Source of the DNA: an uncultured Aminicenantes bacterium
GTDB lineage: Bacteria; Acidobacteriota; Aminicenantia; UBA2199
NCBI GenBank assembly: GCA_965195285.1
Contig: CBDAFS010000031.1
Span: forward strand, 64,001-128,000
Direction of reading: 5' to 3'
DNA length: 64,000 nucleotides
Shown: positions 19,751 to 30,377 of the stretch, one piece after another
How positions within the stretch are numbered: the first letter of the stretch is position 1
How the letters are laid out: every line of letters starts with the position of its first letter
The notes under the pieces: generated by a model
What the model saw: the letters and a program-made list of their open reading frames with translations, nothing else
Database searches by the model: none
Told to the model about the DNA's origin: nothing
Made by a program: the position numbers and the translations under genes

Positions 19751-21223
19751 ATGGAAGAACAATTCAAAATCAGATTGGAAAAACTCAAAAAACTCGAAGA
19801 AATGGGAATCGAGATATATCCATATGAATTTGAGAAAACGGATGATTTTTCCGGCATCAAATCAGAATATGCTGAAATGTCCCGGGAAGACCTGGAAAAG
19901 GTTGACCGTACATTTAAAATTGCCGGCCGTATTACGTCCATACGAAAAATGGGAAAGAGTTCTTTTTTGCATTTATTTGATGGCCAGGAAAAACTACAGG
20001 TCTATATTCGGAAGGATTTTCTTCCCAAGGCGGAATATGCGGTATTCGGATATCTGGATATCGGTGATATCATCGGTGTTCACGGAACTGTTTTCAAAAC
20101 CCACAGCAATGAACTGACCATTCTGGTTTCCCGACTGGTATTCTTGTCGAAATCATTACATCCCCTGCCTGAAAAATGGCATGGCTTGCAGGATAAGGAA
20201 CTGAGGTTCAGGCAACGCTATCTTGACCTGATTGTGAATGAAAATTCCAGAAAGAATTTTCAGGTACGGTCAGAAATTATCCAGCGCCTTCGAATGTTTT
20301 TTTATGACCGGGGCTACCGTGAAGTCGAAACCCCAATGATGCAGCCCATACCCGGGGGGGCATCTGCTCGTCCCTTTGTTACTCATCACAATGCCTTGAA
20401 TATTGATTTGTATCTCAGGGTGGCACCTGAATTGTACTTGAAACGATTGCTTATCGGTGGTCTGGAAAAGGTGTTTGAAATCAATCGGAATTTCAGAAAT
20501 GAGGGGATCTCATTGATGCACAATCCTGAATTTACCATGCTGGAATTTTATCAACTGTACCGGGATTTCAATTTCTATATGGCCTTGACCGAGGAGCTCT
20601 TTGAAATGCTGAACAGGCATTTTTCAGAGGGCAGCCAGATTCAATTCCTCGACACTGAAATATCTATGAAAGCACCCTTTAAAAGGGTCAAATTCATGGA
20701 TTTAATATCCACAGCCACCGGTGTACCACTTGAAGATCTGTGGGATGAGAAAAAAATAAGGACATTCATCGGACAGCAGGTTCCGGATGAAACCCTTCCC
20801 CCCACTTACGGTAAGATGCTGGAACTGGTTTTTGATCACTATGTGGAACCGACCCTGATGGAGCCGACTTTTGTCACCTATTATCCAAAGGTTATTTCAC
20901 CCCTCTCCAAAGTCTCCAGATTGGATAATCGGGAAACCGAACGGTTTGAATTGTACGTGGGGGGGATGGAAATCGCCAATGGTTTTTCAGAATTGAATGA
21001 TCCGGTTGATCAGAAGCAGCGGTTTGAAGATCAGCTCAGGGACCGGGAAAAGGGGGATGAAGAAGCCCAGGTCCTGGACAGTGATTTTCTGAAAGCACTG
21101 GAGTATGGTATGCCGCCCGCTGCGGGAGAAGGTATCGGTATTGATCGTCTGGTCATGCTGTATACCGGAGCCAACTCTATCAAAGAGGTTATTTTATTTC
21201 CCTTATTACGACCCAAAAAATGA
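19751..21223 (+). CDS. lysS: Lysine--tRNA ligase (class II)
   Basis: OB-fold RKMGK, RQRYLDL, GGASARPF, FRNEG, HNPEFTMLE, GIGIDRL. Confidence 0.99.
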   Translation: MEEQFKIRLEKLKKLEEMGIEIYPYEFEKTDDFSGIKSEYAEMSREDLEKVDRTFKIAGRITSIRKMGKSSFLHLFDGQEKLQVYIRKDFLPKAEYAVFGYLDIGDIIGVHGTVFKTHSNELTILVSRLVFLSKSLHPLPEKWHGLQDKELRFRQRYLDLIVNENSRKNFQVRSEIIQRLRMFFYDRGYREVETPMMQPIPGGASARPFVTHHNALNIDLYLRVAPELYLKRLLIGGLEKVFEINRNFRNEGISLMHNPEFTMLEFYQLYRDFNFYMALTEELFEMLNRHFSEGSQIQFLDTEISMKAPFKRVKFMDLISTATGVPLEDLWDEKKIRTFIGQQVPDETLPPTYGKMLELVFDHYVEPTLMEPTFVTYYPKVISPLSKVSRLDNRETERFELYVGGMEIANGFSELNDPVDQKQRFEDQLRDREKGDEEAQVLDSDFLKALEYGMPPAAGEGIGIDRLVMLYTGANSIKEVILFPLLRPKK

Positions 21224-22443
21224 AATTTGAATTTTTTATAGCCCGGAGATACCTGGTTAAAGGCAGGAAAAGTTCGTTCATTTCCATTATCTCCCTGGTT
21301 TCCATCATCGGTGTAACCATCGGGGTGGCCGCCCTCATCATTGCCCTGTCATTGATCAATGGTTTTCAAAATGACATCAGAAACAAAATTCTGAGTTCGA
21401 CGGCCCATATCATGGTAAATAATATTCTGGGCGATGGACTGGATGGGTATGAGGAAATTATCCTTGATTTGAAAAAACGCTTTGATAAAATAGAAACCGC
21501 AGGTCCGGTGGTCTTCGGGACCATATTGCTTAAGGGATCTAATAGGAATACATCGGGTGCGGTTTTGCGCGGGGTTGATCTGGATTTGATCCGGGATGAG
21601 GGCTGGCAGCAAAAGCTAATGACCGGCAAGCTCCCTCTGGAAAAGAATGAAATTTTAATTGGAAAGGGACTCTCCAAGTACATGAGCCTGTACAGCGGTG
21701 ATTCCTGTTTGATCATATCACCCCAGCCAGTGCTGTCTCCCAGCGGTATTATTCCCAAGGTGAAAAAGTTTGTCATTTCGGGAATTTTCAATTCCGGATT
21801 GTATGAGGTTGACAGAGGCACCATTATTACCAATCTTGAAAACGCCCAGAAATTATTTAACCTGAAGGGTAAAATCAGCTATATTCAAATTTATTTGAAG
21901 GATTTATTTGATGCGGAAAAAGTGGCGAAGAAATTGAGGGAAATACTTCCGGTTCGTTTATCGGTGATTACCTGGAAAGAACTGAATGCCTCGCTTTATT
22001 CTGCCCTGGAAATGGAGAAAACCGTGTTGTTTTTTACCCTGACCCTGATCATTGTAGTGGCCGCTCTGAATATTATTGCCGGATTGATCCTGCTGGTGAT
22101 GCAAAAAATAAAGGATATCGGAATTTTACTTTCCTATGGAGCCACTCCTAAAATAATCAAGCGAATATTTTTTATTCAGGGCAGTATCATCGGGGTACTG
22201 GGTACCACCCTTGGGGTGGTCATCGGAGTGGTTTTTTGTTTTTTGGCCAATAAATTTGAATTAATCGGTGTCCCGGCCGGAATGGAAGAAATTTATCAAT
22301 TGAGTTATATACCCTTTAACACTTCTTTGTTTGATCTGTCGGCGGTTGTTCTGGCTTCTCTGTTGATCAGTTTTGTGGCGACCCTGATCCCATCCAAAAA
22401 AGCTGCTTCTGTGAATGTGGTGGAGGCGGTTAAGAATGAATAG
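21220..22443 (+). CDS. lolE: Lipoprotein-releasing ABC permease LolC/E family
   Basis: FIARRYL...SFISIISLVS, VAALNII and DIGIL motifs; 4-TM MacB/FtsX-like layout; lysS-lolCE synteny. Confidence 0.88.
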   Translation: MKFEFFIARRYLVKGRKSSFISIISLVSIIGVTIGVAALIIALSLINGFQNDIRNKILSSTAHIMVNNILGDGLDGYEEIILDLKKRFDKIETAGPVVFGTILLKGSNRNTSGAVLRGVDLDLIRDEGWQQKLMTGKLPLEKNEILIGKGLSKYMSLYSGDSCLIISPQPVLSPSGIIPKVKKFVISGIFNSGLYEVDRGTIITNLENAQKLFNLKGKISYIQIYLKDLFDAEKVAKKLREILPVRLSVITWKELNASLYSALEMEKTVLFFTLTLIIVVAALNIIAGLILLVMQKIKDIGILLSYGATPKIIKRIFFIQGSIIGVLGTTLGVVIGVVFCFLANKFELIGVPAGMEEIYQLSYIPFNTSLFDLSAVVLASLLISFVATLIPSKKAASVNVVEAVKNE

Positions 22444-23605
22444 CCCGGGACCGGTTCCGGGAATTGATATTTTCAGTGATCAGGCGGCCACGGTTTTAAA
22501 AAACCGAAAAATTGCCCTGGTCACCGGCAGCTCCAATGTGGACACCTCAGGGAGACCGGTCTATTTGCAGGTCATGAAAATGGCAGGCCAACGACTGAAG
22601 GCGATCTGGTCACTTCAGCATGGCTTTTTCGTTGATCAGCAGGATAACATGATCCTCTCCCGGTCTTTTTTCTGGGAAGAAATGGGGTGTAAGGTGTTGA
22701 GCTTATACGGGGATGAGTGCCTTCCCGCCCAGGATTCCCTGAAAGATATCGATGCCCTGCTCGTGGATGTTTTTGATGTGGGAACCCGGGTCTATACTTT
22801 TTTGAATCATGTGGTCATGATCATGAAACATCTGTCCGGAAGGGCAATAGATCTGATTGTTCTGGACCGCCCCAATCCCCTGAATGGAATCGATCATGAG
22901 GGGAATATTCTGGATGAAGATCATTTCAGCCTGGTGGGCATGCTTCCGGTTCCCATGCGGCATGGCTTAACGGCCGGAGAATTTTTAAGCATGGCTTTAA
23001 CCTATTATGATATCGATATGAATTTGGAAATCGTAAAAGTTCAGAAATGGGAGCGACAGGAATATTTTAAGGGAATATGGTCCTATCCCTCTCCCAACAT
23101 GCCCTCATTGAATACGGCACTGGTTTACCCCGGAGCGGTAATCTTCGAAGCCACCAATCTTTCAGAGGGGAGGGGTACTACCAGGCCTTTTGAATTTGTC
23201 GGCAGTCCGTTTCTGGACAGCCCCAAACTGATTGATGCCCTGAAAGCGTTGAAATTAACCGGGGTTGTTTTTGTTCCGGTTTTTTTCAAGCCCGAGTTTT
23301 CCAAATATTCAGGCCAAGTGTGTCAGGGAATCCAGGTAATCCCCCAAAACCGGATTGAATTCAAAGGCTTTCAGGTGTATTATGAAATCCTCAGGTTGAT
23401 CGTTGACAGGTATCCCCGTCAATTCAGTTGGAATCCACCGCCCTACGAATTCGAATACCAGCGTTTACCCATCGATATGATCTGTGGGACTGACTTCATC
23501 AGGAAATCGCTGGAAGCGAATATGCCTTTTGAAGCCATCAAAGCGGACATTGATACCGGTATTCGGGATTACCGGGACCGGGCGGCAAATTTTTTACTGT
23601 ATTAG
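22436..23605 (+). CDS. DUF1343 / NamZ-like exo-beta-N-acetylmuramidase family protein
   Basis: DVGTRVYTF, VLDRPNPL, PMRHGLTAGE, PSPNMP, NLSEGRGTTRPFE; likely start is ATG 22436. Confidence 0.9.
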   Translation: MNSPGPVPGIDIFSDQAATVLKNRKIALVTGSSNVDTSGRPVYLQVMKMAGQRLKAIWSLQHGFFVDQQDNMILSRSFFWEEMGCKVLSLYGDECLPAQDSLKDIDALLVDVFDVGTRVYTFLNHVVMIMKHLSGRAIDLIVLDRPNPLNGIDHEGNILDEDHFSLVGMLPVPMRHGLTAGEFLSMALTYYDIDMNLEIVKVQKWERQEYFKGIWSYPSPNMPSLNTALVYPGAVIFEATNLSEGRGTTRPFEFVGSPFLDSPKLIDALKALKLTGVVFVPVFFKPEFSKYSGQVCQGIQVIPQNRIEFKGFQVYYEILRLIVDRYPRQFSWNPPPYEFEYQRLPIDMICGTDFIRKSLEANMPFEAIKADIDTGIRDYRDRAANFLLY

Positions 23606-23707
23606 AGGTCGGAACCGATGACTAAGGCTTTTGCTATTGAAATAAGGGCATGATTTATATACAATACCAGTCTGATCAGAAGGAGACAGGGTTTTAGGAC
23701 CGGAATC

Positions 23708-26239
23708 ATGCTCAGGGAATATTCAGTTGAAGTCTGTAATCAATTGATGGAGAGGTTTCGACATCTCCGCTTGGTCCGTCCCATGCGGATATCCCGTTAC
23801 GATGCGGGTACAGAAGTGGATTTTGATATTGTTGGTGTGGAGAAGCGGAATAAAGGTCGGGTTCGCTTTTTAGTGGAATCATTTGTAGGCGGGGGATTTG
23901 CCGGCCAGGTATACCGGGTCCGGGTAATTGGTCTGGATACCCCTGAGGGTCCCATCGGTTCCCTGAAGCTGAAGGGAAGATATGCGTTGAAAATCCTCAT
24001 CCCTGCCTCCGGTTTTGCCCGGTTTTTCCGCAATTTTTTGTACTGGATCGGGTTTCAAGGTTTTTTTCAGCATCAGGTCAATCCCGAGGCTGTCCGGGCC
24101 GGTGCCCTCTGGCAGAAATTTTTTCGAAGGGGGGCCAAACTGCGCCTGGGTGATGAAAGTATGATCAATGATGTTCAGGCCACCCTGGTGGACATAAATC
24201 TGGGCAGTTGCGGGGAGATCAGTAATTGGGTTGATGGCCGGACCTGGAAGCTGGAGGTTGATGAATGTTTGGATGTATTGAAAAGGTTTTATCGCCGCCT
24301 CCCCGTGGACCGGGAAAAACTGGGATCGCCGGAGTACCGTGCCAAAAAAAAATTTATGACTGATTTTGTCCGGTTGCTTCATGATATGGGAGGGTATGAA
24401 TTTGCCCGGCAATATGAATGGTGGACCGGTAAGAGTCAGCCCAATTGTTTGAAGCGCAATACCACTCCCTATGATCCTTCAACCGGTCTGGTCGCGGTTG
24501 ATTTCAGAGCTGGTTTGGTGCTCTTGCCTTTTTTTCCCATGAGCCCGGTCGATATCAAATTGATTTTACAAGGACTGTGGAGGAGAAGTCTGGTTCAGTT
24601 TGACCGGGGGGATATCAGTAAATTGGAAGGCTTCATCAAAAGCCATCAGGATTCGTTTGCTGATTGTCAGTCCATGCTGTGTGAACTGAAACGTTCAGAA
24701 GCAATTTACCGGAACTCTGTTCCCGATATCACCCACCATCGTTTTAGGTTGCTATACAGCCGCAAGCTGTGGTCAACGATTTTTTCCAGTGCCATTACCG
24801 GCTGGCGTATCCGGAATTTGATTGATGGGGAATATGAACCGAAGCTCCGCGACAGCAGATACAGAACCATTGGGTTTTTCATGCTGGGATTGATTCCCTT
24901 TCTGGGAGGTCTCATCAGAAAATGGATGGGAAATGGCGATTGGAAACAGCACTCTAAAAAACTGATTTCAAGCTGGAATTATTTCAAAAAGGCCCTCCGG
25001 GGGAAATGTATCGAGAAAACCATCAACTGGCATCGGAAAGGCCGAATAAATGAATTCCGGACCATGCGGATTTCGGAATCACTGGGGAGATTCAGTTTTC
25101 ATCTGGTTTTGTCGTTGTTGCCTGTCGGATTACATCGGTTTCTGTCGGACAGAGGTTTTGCACGGGAACGTCTGGCTTATTTTTTTATCAGACCGGTTAA
25201 ACTTTATTTCAATGGAAAGGTTCGGGAACAATGGCTGAAAACCATGATCATTGAGGGGAAAAAAAAGCAGATACTCAGTGAGAATGATGTCCGGGTTATC
25301 CATTCCCAGCTCAAGGAACCCTACATTCAAAAATATTTGAAAAGCCTGGCTGTCCATGTTTTTACCTTGCCCGTTACCCAGATTGTTTCGGTTCTGGTCA
25401 GCTGGATATATGTTAAAACCCATCCCGGCCTATCCGGAGCAGAAGCCATGGCCGCGGTGGCCACAATTCTGGTTCTGTTCCAGATCACCCCCATTTCACC
25501 CGGATCCCTGGTTAGGGGACTCTATGTGTTGTTTCTGGTCATAAAGGAACGAAATTTCAAAGACTATAACATTGCCATTTTCTTAAGTTTTTTTAAATAT
25601 ATCGGTTATCTGGCTTTTCCGATTCAGATGACCTACTACTATCCTGAATTGGCCAGGTTTATGGCTGGCCATTGGGCAACCGAAGCGGTCCATCATATTC
25701 CGGTTTTTGGTGAAAGAGGAGCTCTGCTGGAACACTGGGTTTTTAATTTATTCTACAACTGGCCCCTGACTATCCGCCGTCGAATGAGGAAAATAGCCGA
25801 GATCAGGCAGAAACAAAAATCCAGATACTGGCATACCGGTTTGATAGCCATAATTGGGGCGGGCATTTTCGGATTGGCTGATCATTTTTACCTGGTGCTG
25901 GCCGGGACCATGCCCGGATTTAAAGATCTCTGGTGGTTCATGTTTATTTTACCTTTTATTTCCGGGATGATCCTGACCAGGGGCAGTGGTGGTGCCAAGC
26001 TGTCAAAAAGGGTTGTGTCCGCGGCGATATGCGGAATTTTTTTGGGTTTGTTTTACACTCTGATTTCTGTTTTTTTTGGCCAGGCTATCGGAATTTTCCC
26101 GGGTGAATGGATTACGGCCGGAACCTGGAGGATATTCATTTTTTCAATTATGGCTGTTCTCGGAGTCCTGTATTTTGAGTTGAGACTGCCGGATCCGGAA
26201 TTGAAATCAATATCCGAAAGAATATCAGTTCAGTCTTGA
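23708..26239 (+). CDS. Large hypothetical membrane protein with N-terminal protein-kinase-like motifs
   Basis: VGGGFAGQVYRV glycine loop, YALKIL, KSQPNCL, VAVDFR; several C-terminal TM helices. Confidence 0.7.
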   Translation: MLREYSVEVCNQLMERFRHLRLVRPMRISRYDAGTEVDFDIVGVEKRNKGRVRFLVESFVGGGFAGQVYRVRVIGLDTPEGPIGSLKLKGRYALKILIPASGFARFFRNFLYWIGFQGFFQHQVNPEAVRAGALWQKFFRRGAKLRLGDESMINDVQATLVDINLGSCGEISNWVDGRTWKLEVDECLDVLKRFYRRLPVDREKLGSPEYRAKKKFMTDFVRLLHDMGGYEFARQYEWWTGKSQPNCLKRNTTPYDPSTGLVAVDFRAGLVLLPFFPMSPVDIKLILQGLWRRSLVQFDRGDISKLEGFIKSHQDSFADCQSMLCELKRSEAIYRNSVPDITHHRFRLLYSRKLWSTIFSSAITGWRIRNLIDGEYEPKLRDSRYRTIGFFMLGLIPFLGGLIRKWMGNGDWKQHSKKLISSWNYFKKALRGKCIEKTINWHRKGRINEFRTMRISESLGRFSFHLVLSLLPVGLHRFLSDRGFARERLAYFFIRPVKLYFNGKVREQWLKTMIIEGKKKQILSENDVRVIHSQLKEPYIQKYLKSLAVHVFTLPVTQIVSVLVSWIYVKTHPGLSGAEAMAAVATILVLFQITPISPGSLVRGLYVLFLVIKERNFKDYNIAIFLSFFKYIGYLAFPIQMTYYYPELARFMAGHWATEAVHHIPVFGERGALLEHWVFNLFYNWPLTIRRRMRKIAEIRQKQKSRYWHTGLIAIIGAGIFGLADHFYLVLAGTMPGFKDLWWFMFILPFISGMILTRGSGGAKLSKRVVSAAICGIFLGLFYTLISVFFGQAIGIFPGEWITAGTWRIFIFSIMAVLGVLYFELRLPDPELKSISERISVQS

Positions 26240-27609
26240 ATACTTTCAATATGGGCTTTGATGGAACGCAACACCGGATCAACCGTATTTTGAATTTCAG
26301 CCAAATGGTCCCGACTGTCGGCTTCGTATCGAACCACCAGTGCTGGCTGGGTATTGGATGCCCTGACCAGGGCCCATCCGTTAGGGAACTTAATCCTGGC
26401 CCCGTCAATGTCTATGACTTCATGATTCTTTTTGAAATGGGATACGATCCGGGCAACAATTTTGAATTTGGCTGTCTCGGTTGTATCAATTCGAATTTCC
26501 GGAGTATTGACTGCTTTGGGGATTTCCCGAATAATATCGGTGAATGATTTTTCCGAATGGCTGAGGATTTCCAGAAGCCTGGCTCCTGAATAAACAGCGT
26601 CATCGAAACCATACCAGCGATCATTAAAGAATATGTGGCCACTCATTTCGCCGGCAAAAATGGCATTTTCTTCCACTATTTTTTTCTTGATCAGTGAATG
26701 TCCGGTTTTCCACATGATCGGAATACCCCCATATTTCTGGATTTGCTGGTAAAGCACTTCCGATGCCTTGACCTCGGATATAATTTTACGGCCGGGATTT
26801 TTGGCCAAAATATCCTTTGAAAAAATGATCATCAACTGGTCTCCCCAGAGAATGGTCCCTTCTTGATCCACCACACCAATCCGGTCGGCATCACCATCAA
26901 ATGCAATCCCCACATCCGCTTTCACCTCCTTGACCTTGGATATCAGGTCCCTGAGGTTTTCCGGTTTGGTGGGATCGGGATGATGATTGGGAAACCGGCC
27001 ATCCACTTCAGAAAAAATATCAATCACTTCTACCCCCATTTTTTTATATAGCGGTATAGCGGTCAAACCACCGGTTCCGTTTCCACAATCAACCACCATT
27101 TTTATTTTTTTGGATAGTTGAATATCATTCAGTATGGTGGCGATATAGTCATCTATAATATCCATTTCGGTAATGGTTCCCGGGCGTTCGGCCGGAAATT
27201 TTCCCTTGGAGGCTAGATGGTAAATTTCTTTGATCTGATCGCCTGATTGGGCTTCTTTTCCTACCAGTGCTTTGAAGCCATTGTATTCCGGGGGATTGTG
27301 GGAAGCGGTGACAATAATTCCACCATCGAGATTCATTTTGAAAACCGCATAATACATGACCGGTGTAGGCACAAGTCCGATATCCAACACATCCAGTCCG
27401 TATTTTGACAGGCCGGAAATGACCATGTCCTTTATGTGGATGGAGCTGGGCCTTCCATCCATGCCCACTGCAATCTTTTTTTTACCTTCCCGGATATATA
27501 CGGTGGCAAAAGCAGATGTGATTTTATCCACCACCTCATCCTGAAGCTCGCTGTCGACTATTCCTCTGATATCGTATTCTCTGAAGATGCTTTCTTCAAT
27601 TTGACTCAT
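26230..27609 (-). CDS. Phosphomannomutase/phosphoglucomutase (AlgC-like)
   Basis: FREYDIRG, TASHNP, FDGDADR, GEMSGH, RASNTQP; ATG 27609 follows GGAGG. Confidence 0.96.
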   Translation of the reverse strand: MSQIEESIFREYDIRGIVDSELQDEVVDKITSAFATVYIREGKKKIAVGMDGRPSSIHIKDMVISGLSKYGLDVLDIGLVPTPVMYYAVFKMNLDGGIIVTASHNPPEYNGFKALVGKEAQSGDQIKEIYHLASKGKFPAERPGTITEMDIIDDYIATILNDIQLSKKIKMVVDCGNGTGGLTAIPLYKKMGVEVIDIFSEVDGRFPNHHPDPTKPENLRDLISKVKEVKADVGIAFDGDADRIGVVDQEGTILWGDQLMIIFSKDILAKNPGRKIISEVKASEVLYQQIQKYGGIPIMWKTGHSLIKKKIVEENAIFAGEMSGHIFFNDRWYGFDDAVYSGARLLEILSHSEKSFTDIIREIPKAVNTPEIRIDTTETAKFKIVARIVSHFKKNHEVIDIDGARIKFPNGWALVRASNTQPALVVRYEADSRDHLAEIQNTVDPVLRSIKAHIESIQD

Positions 27610-27768
27610 GAATCCTCCTGCCAAAACAGGAGATTATACATGACTGAACAGTTTTAGACAAATATGTGACGGTACTCTCCGCCCGATAACACTATTCCAT
27701 TCTATCCACTGATCAACCAGCCGGGCCTGGTATTGTCTTTTGCAGGCTTTAATACTATAATATAGTAC

Positions 27769-29649
27769 ATGTTAAGGCGCTGGAAAAAAGTAGATCTGTT
27801 TATTGTCCTTTTGTTCATTCTGACCGGATTGTCTTTTCTTGCTTTTAGAGATCTGTATCAGATTTTTTTCTGGGTTCTCATTGTGGTACTGGCCTTACGG
27901 GTTTCACTTTTTTTAAAAAGGAAGTTGTTGTGGAAAACCAGAAATCGGCTTATTTTTTCTGGTTTGTTTTTCGTGATTACCCCTATTGTTTTGATTTTGA
28001 TATTCTTTTTGTTTATTGTCTATATTATCATCGCCCAGTACGGGGTGATTATCATTGATAATTTGATTAGTCGACAGGTGGTTCAGTATGAGGCCAATGT
28101 GGAACGATACCTGGTGAATCTGGATGAAAATGAGATGATCAGGCGATCAACCCAACTCACCCGGTTCAAGCCGGAAAACCTGATTATTGCCCTGTATAGA
28201 AAAACAGGAGGAGGCTACCAGCATTTTTTTGTATATCCGGACGGATTTGGTTTCAACAAATTAAAAATCAATCAATATACCGGTTATTTTAAAATAAATA
28301 ACACATTTTACCTTGGGGTGCTAAAAAAACGGGGTGATTTTGCCGTGCTGATTTCCTCGGTGGTGGATCAGGATTTTTTAGATCAACTCTCAACCATTAG
28401 CGATTTTAAAATAAAATTTGTCAAATATGATTCCCTTTCCAGTATGGGTCAGAAGACGGATGAAATTGCCGATATGGCCTCCAATGAAGAGGAAAAGCTT
28501 TTCCTGCCCTGGCCATACAAATTCAAGTTTATTGATTTTGATCAGGATCACTCCGGCAGGATCATTGAAAAAGAGCATCTTCACTGGCTGCTTATTGACT
28601 ATGATAAAATTTTTCAGAAAATCCGCGGGATAAATTCCCATTCTGTACAGGTCAATATCCTGAAATTCATATATTTTTTAATTGGTCTTTTTGCCACTTT
28701 CATTATCATTTCATTTTTCGTTGGTTTTCGGATCATCCGGGTGCTCACCAAATCCATTAATCTGATCACCCGGGGAACCCAGAAAATCAGGAAGGGCGAT
28801 TTCAGTTTTCGCATTAAAATTAAGTCCGGTGATCAACTTCAATATCTGGCTGAATCCTTTAATGAAATGGCTTCGGGAATTAACCGCCTGCTGATTGAGG
28901 AGAAGGAAAAACAGAGACTTGAAGAAGAGTTGAGGATAGCCCGGAGTATCCAATTAAAGCTGCTACCGAAAGAAGAACTGGATACTCCGGAATTTGAGAT
29001 CGCTGCTGTCAATATCCCGGCCGAAGAGATCGCCGGAGATTATTTTGATTACTTTTATGAAGATTCAAAATATATGTATATACTGGTGGCTGACGTTTCC
29101 GGCAAGGGAACATCGGCCGCTTTCTATATGGCAGAATTGAAAGGGATAATGAATTATCTTCAGAAAAAAAAGATATCTCCCGCTGAATTGATTTCCGAAT
29201 GCCATTCCAGTTTGAGCCACTCATTTGACAAGGTAACTTTCATTACCATTAATATTGCAGAATTTAAAATTCCGGAAAAGAAATTCATTCTGTCCCGGGC
29301 CGGACATACACCCGCGCTATATTACAATCATAAAAAGAAGCAATGCATTCAGTTAACTCCGGCTGGGCATGCAATTGGATTGAGAAGTTTTTCCAAGGAA
29401 AGGATAAAAGAAGTTGTGATTCATTACCAGTCAGGCGATATATTGTTTCTTTTTTCGGACGGATTATCAGAAATCATGAATGAAGCGGATGAAATGCTGG
29501 GGATTGAAAACCTGAAAAAAATCATTGAGCAGAATCACCATTTGTCAGCCAATGATATCAAACAAAAGATTCTGGATTTCAGTTTTGATTTTTCAGATTC
29601 CAGCTTCAATTCCGATGATTTAACCTTTATCGTATTGAAAGTAAAGTGA
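27769..29649 (+). CDS. Membrane HAMP + PP2C/SpoIIE-family serine phosphatase (RsbU-like)
   Basis: N-terminal TMs; HAMP (GDFSFRI...LAESFNEMA); ELRIARSIQ, AGDYFD, ADVSGKG, RAGH, FSDG, DDLT. Confidence 0.92.
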   Translation: MLRRWKKVDLFIVLLFILTGLSFLAFRDLYQIFFWVLIVVLALRVSLFLKRKLLWKTRNRLIFSGLFFVITPIVLILIFFLFIVYIIIAQYGVIIIDNLISRQVVQYEANVERYLVNLDENEMIRRSTQLTRFKPENLIIALYRKTGGGYQHFFVYPDGFGFNKLKINQYTGYFKINNTFYLGVLKKRGDFAVLISSVVDQDFLDQLSTISDFKIKFVKYDSLSSMGQKTDEIADMASNEEEKLFLPWPYKFKFIDFDQDHSGRIIEKEHLHWLLIDYDKIFQKIRGINSHSVQVNILKFIYFLIGLFATFIIISFFVGFRIIRVLTKSINLITRGTQKIRKGDFSFRIKIKSGDQLQYLAESFNEMASGINRLLIEEKEKQRLEEELRIARSIQLKLLPKEELDTPEFEIAAVNIPAEEIAGDYFDYFYEDSKYMYILVADVSGKGTSAAFYMAELKGIMNYLQKKKISPAELISECHSSLSHSFDKVTFITINIAEFKIPEKKFILSRAGHTPALYYNHKKKQCIQLTPAGHAIGLRSFSKERIKEVVIHYQSGDILFLFSDGLSEIMNEADEMLGIENLKKIIEQNHHLSANDIKQKILDFSFDFSDSSFNSDDLTFIVLKVK

Positions 29650-30377
29650 TTGAAGAACTGGAACAAAAAATAAACTACCATTTCAGGAACAAGGAGATTC
29701 TTAGGAATGCCCTGGTGCATAAGTCCTATAACGAGGGGGTAAAAAAGGGGACCATCAACAATGAGAAACTTGAGTTTTTAGGTGATTCGGTAATCAATCT
29801 TATTGTGACGGATCTTTTGTTCAAGCGGTTTAAAAAATCAAGTGAGGGTGATCTGTCAAAGCTAAAGGCCCATCTGGTATCGACAAATTTCCTGTTTGAG
29901 ATTGCCGAGTCCATCAATTTAAAGGATTATATACTTATGGGAAAAAGCGAGGAAAAAGGCGGAGGCAGGAGGAATAAAAAAATTATTTCTTCCCTTTTTG
30001 AGGCAATGGTGGGGGGCATATATATTGATTCCAATTTCAAGCTGGTATCGGCCATCATTGGTCCTTTTTTTAAAAAATTTCTGGAGAGTCTAGTTGAAAA
30101 AGATGTTAAGATAAATGATTACAAGTCAGAGCTTCAGGAAATTCTTCAAAGACACAAGAATATTCTGCCTTTATATGAAATTCTTGAAGAATCAGGCAAA
30201 CCACCCCATATGACTTTTACTGCTGCTGTTTATTTATCCAACCAGGAGATCGGCAAGGGAGAGGGGAAAAGCAAACGACAGGCCGAACAGAACGCTGCAT
30301 TTAATGCCCTGGAAAAGATTGAGGAATTTATAAATTATGAAAAACTATCGGAGGTATTCTTTTTAAAAAATGATTAG
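29646..30377 (+). CDS. rnc: Ribonuclease III
   Basis: NEKLEFLGDS, FEAMVGGIYID, and a dsRBD (DYKSELQE...GKSKRQAEQNAA). Confidence 0.97.
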   Translation: MIEELEQKINYHFRNKEILRNALVHKSYNEGVKKGTINNEKLEFLGDSVINLIVTDLLFKRFKKSSEGDLSKLKAHLVSTNFLFEIAESINLKDYILMGKSEEKGGGRRNKKIISSLFEAMVGGIYIDSNFKLVSAIIGPFFKKFLESLVEKDVKINDYKSELQEILQRHKNILPLYEILEESGKPPHMTFTAAVYLSNQEIGKGEGKSKRQAEQNAAFNALEKIEEFINYEKLSEVFFLKND

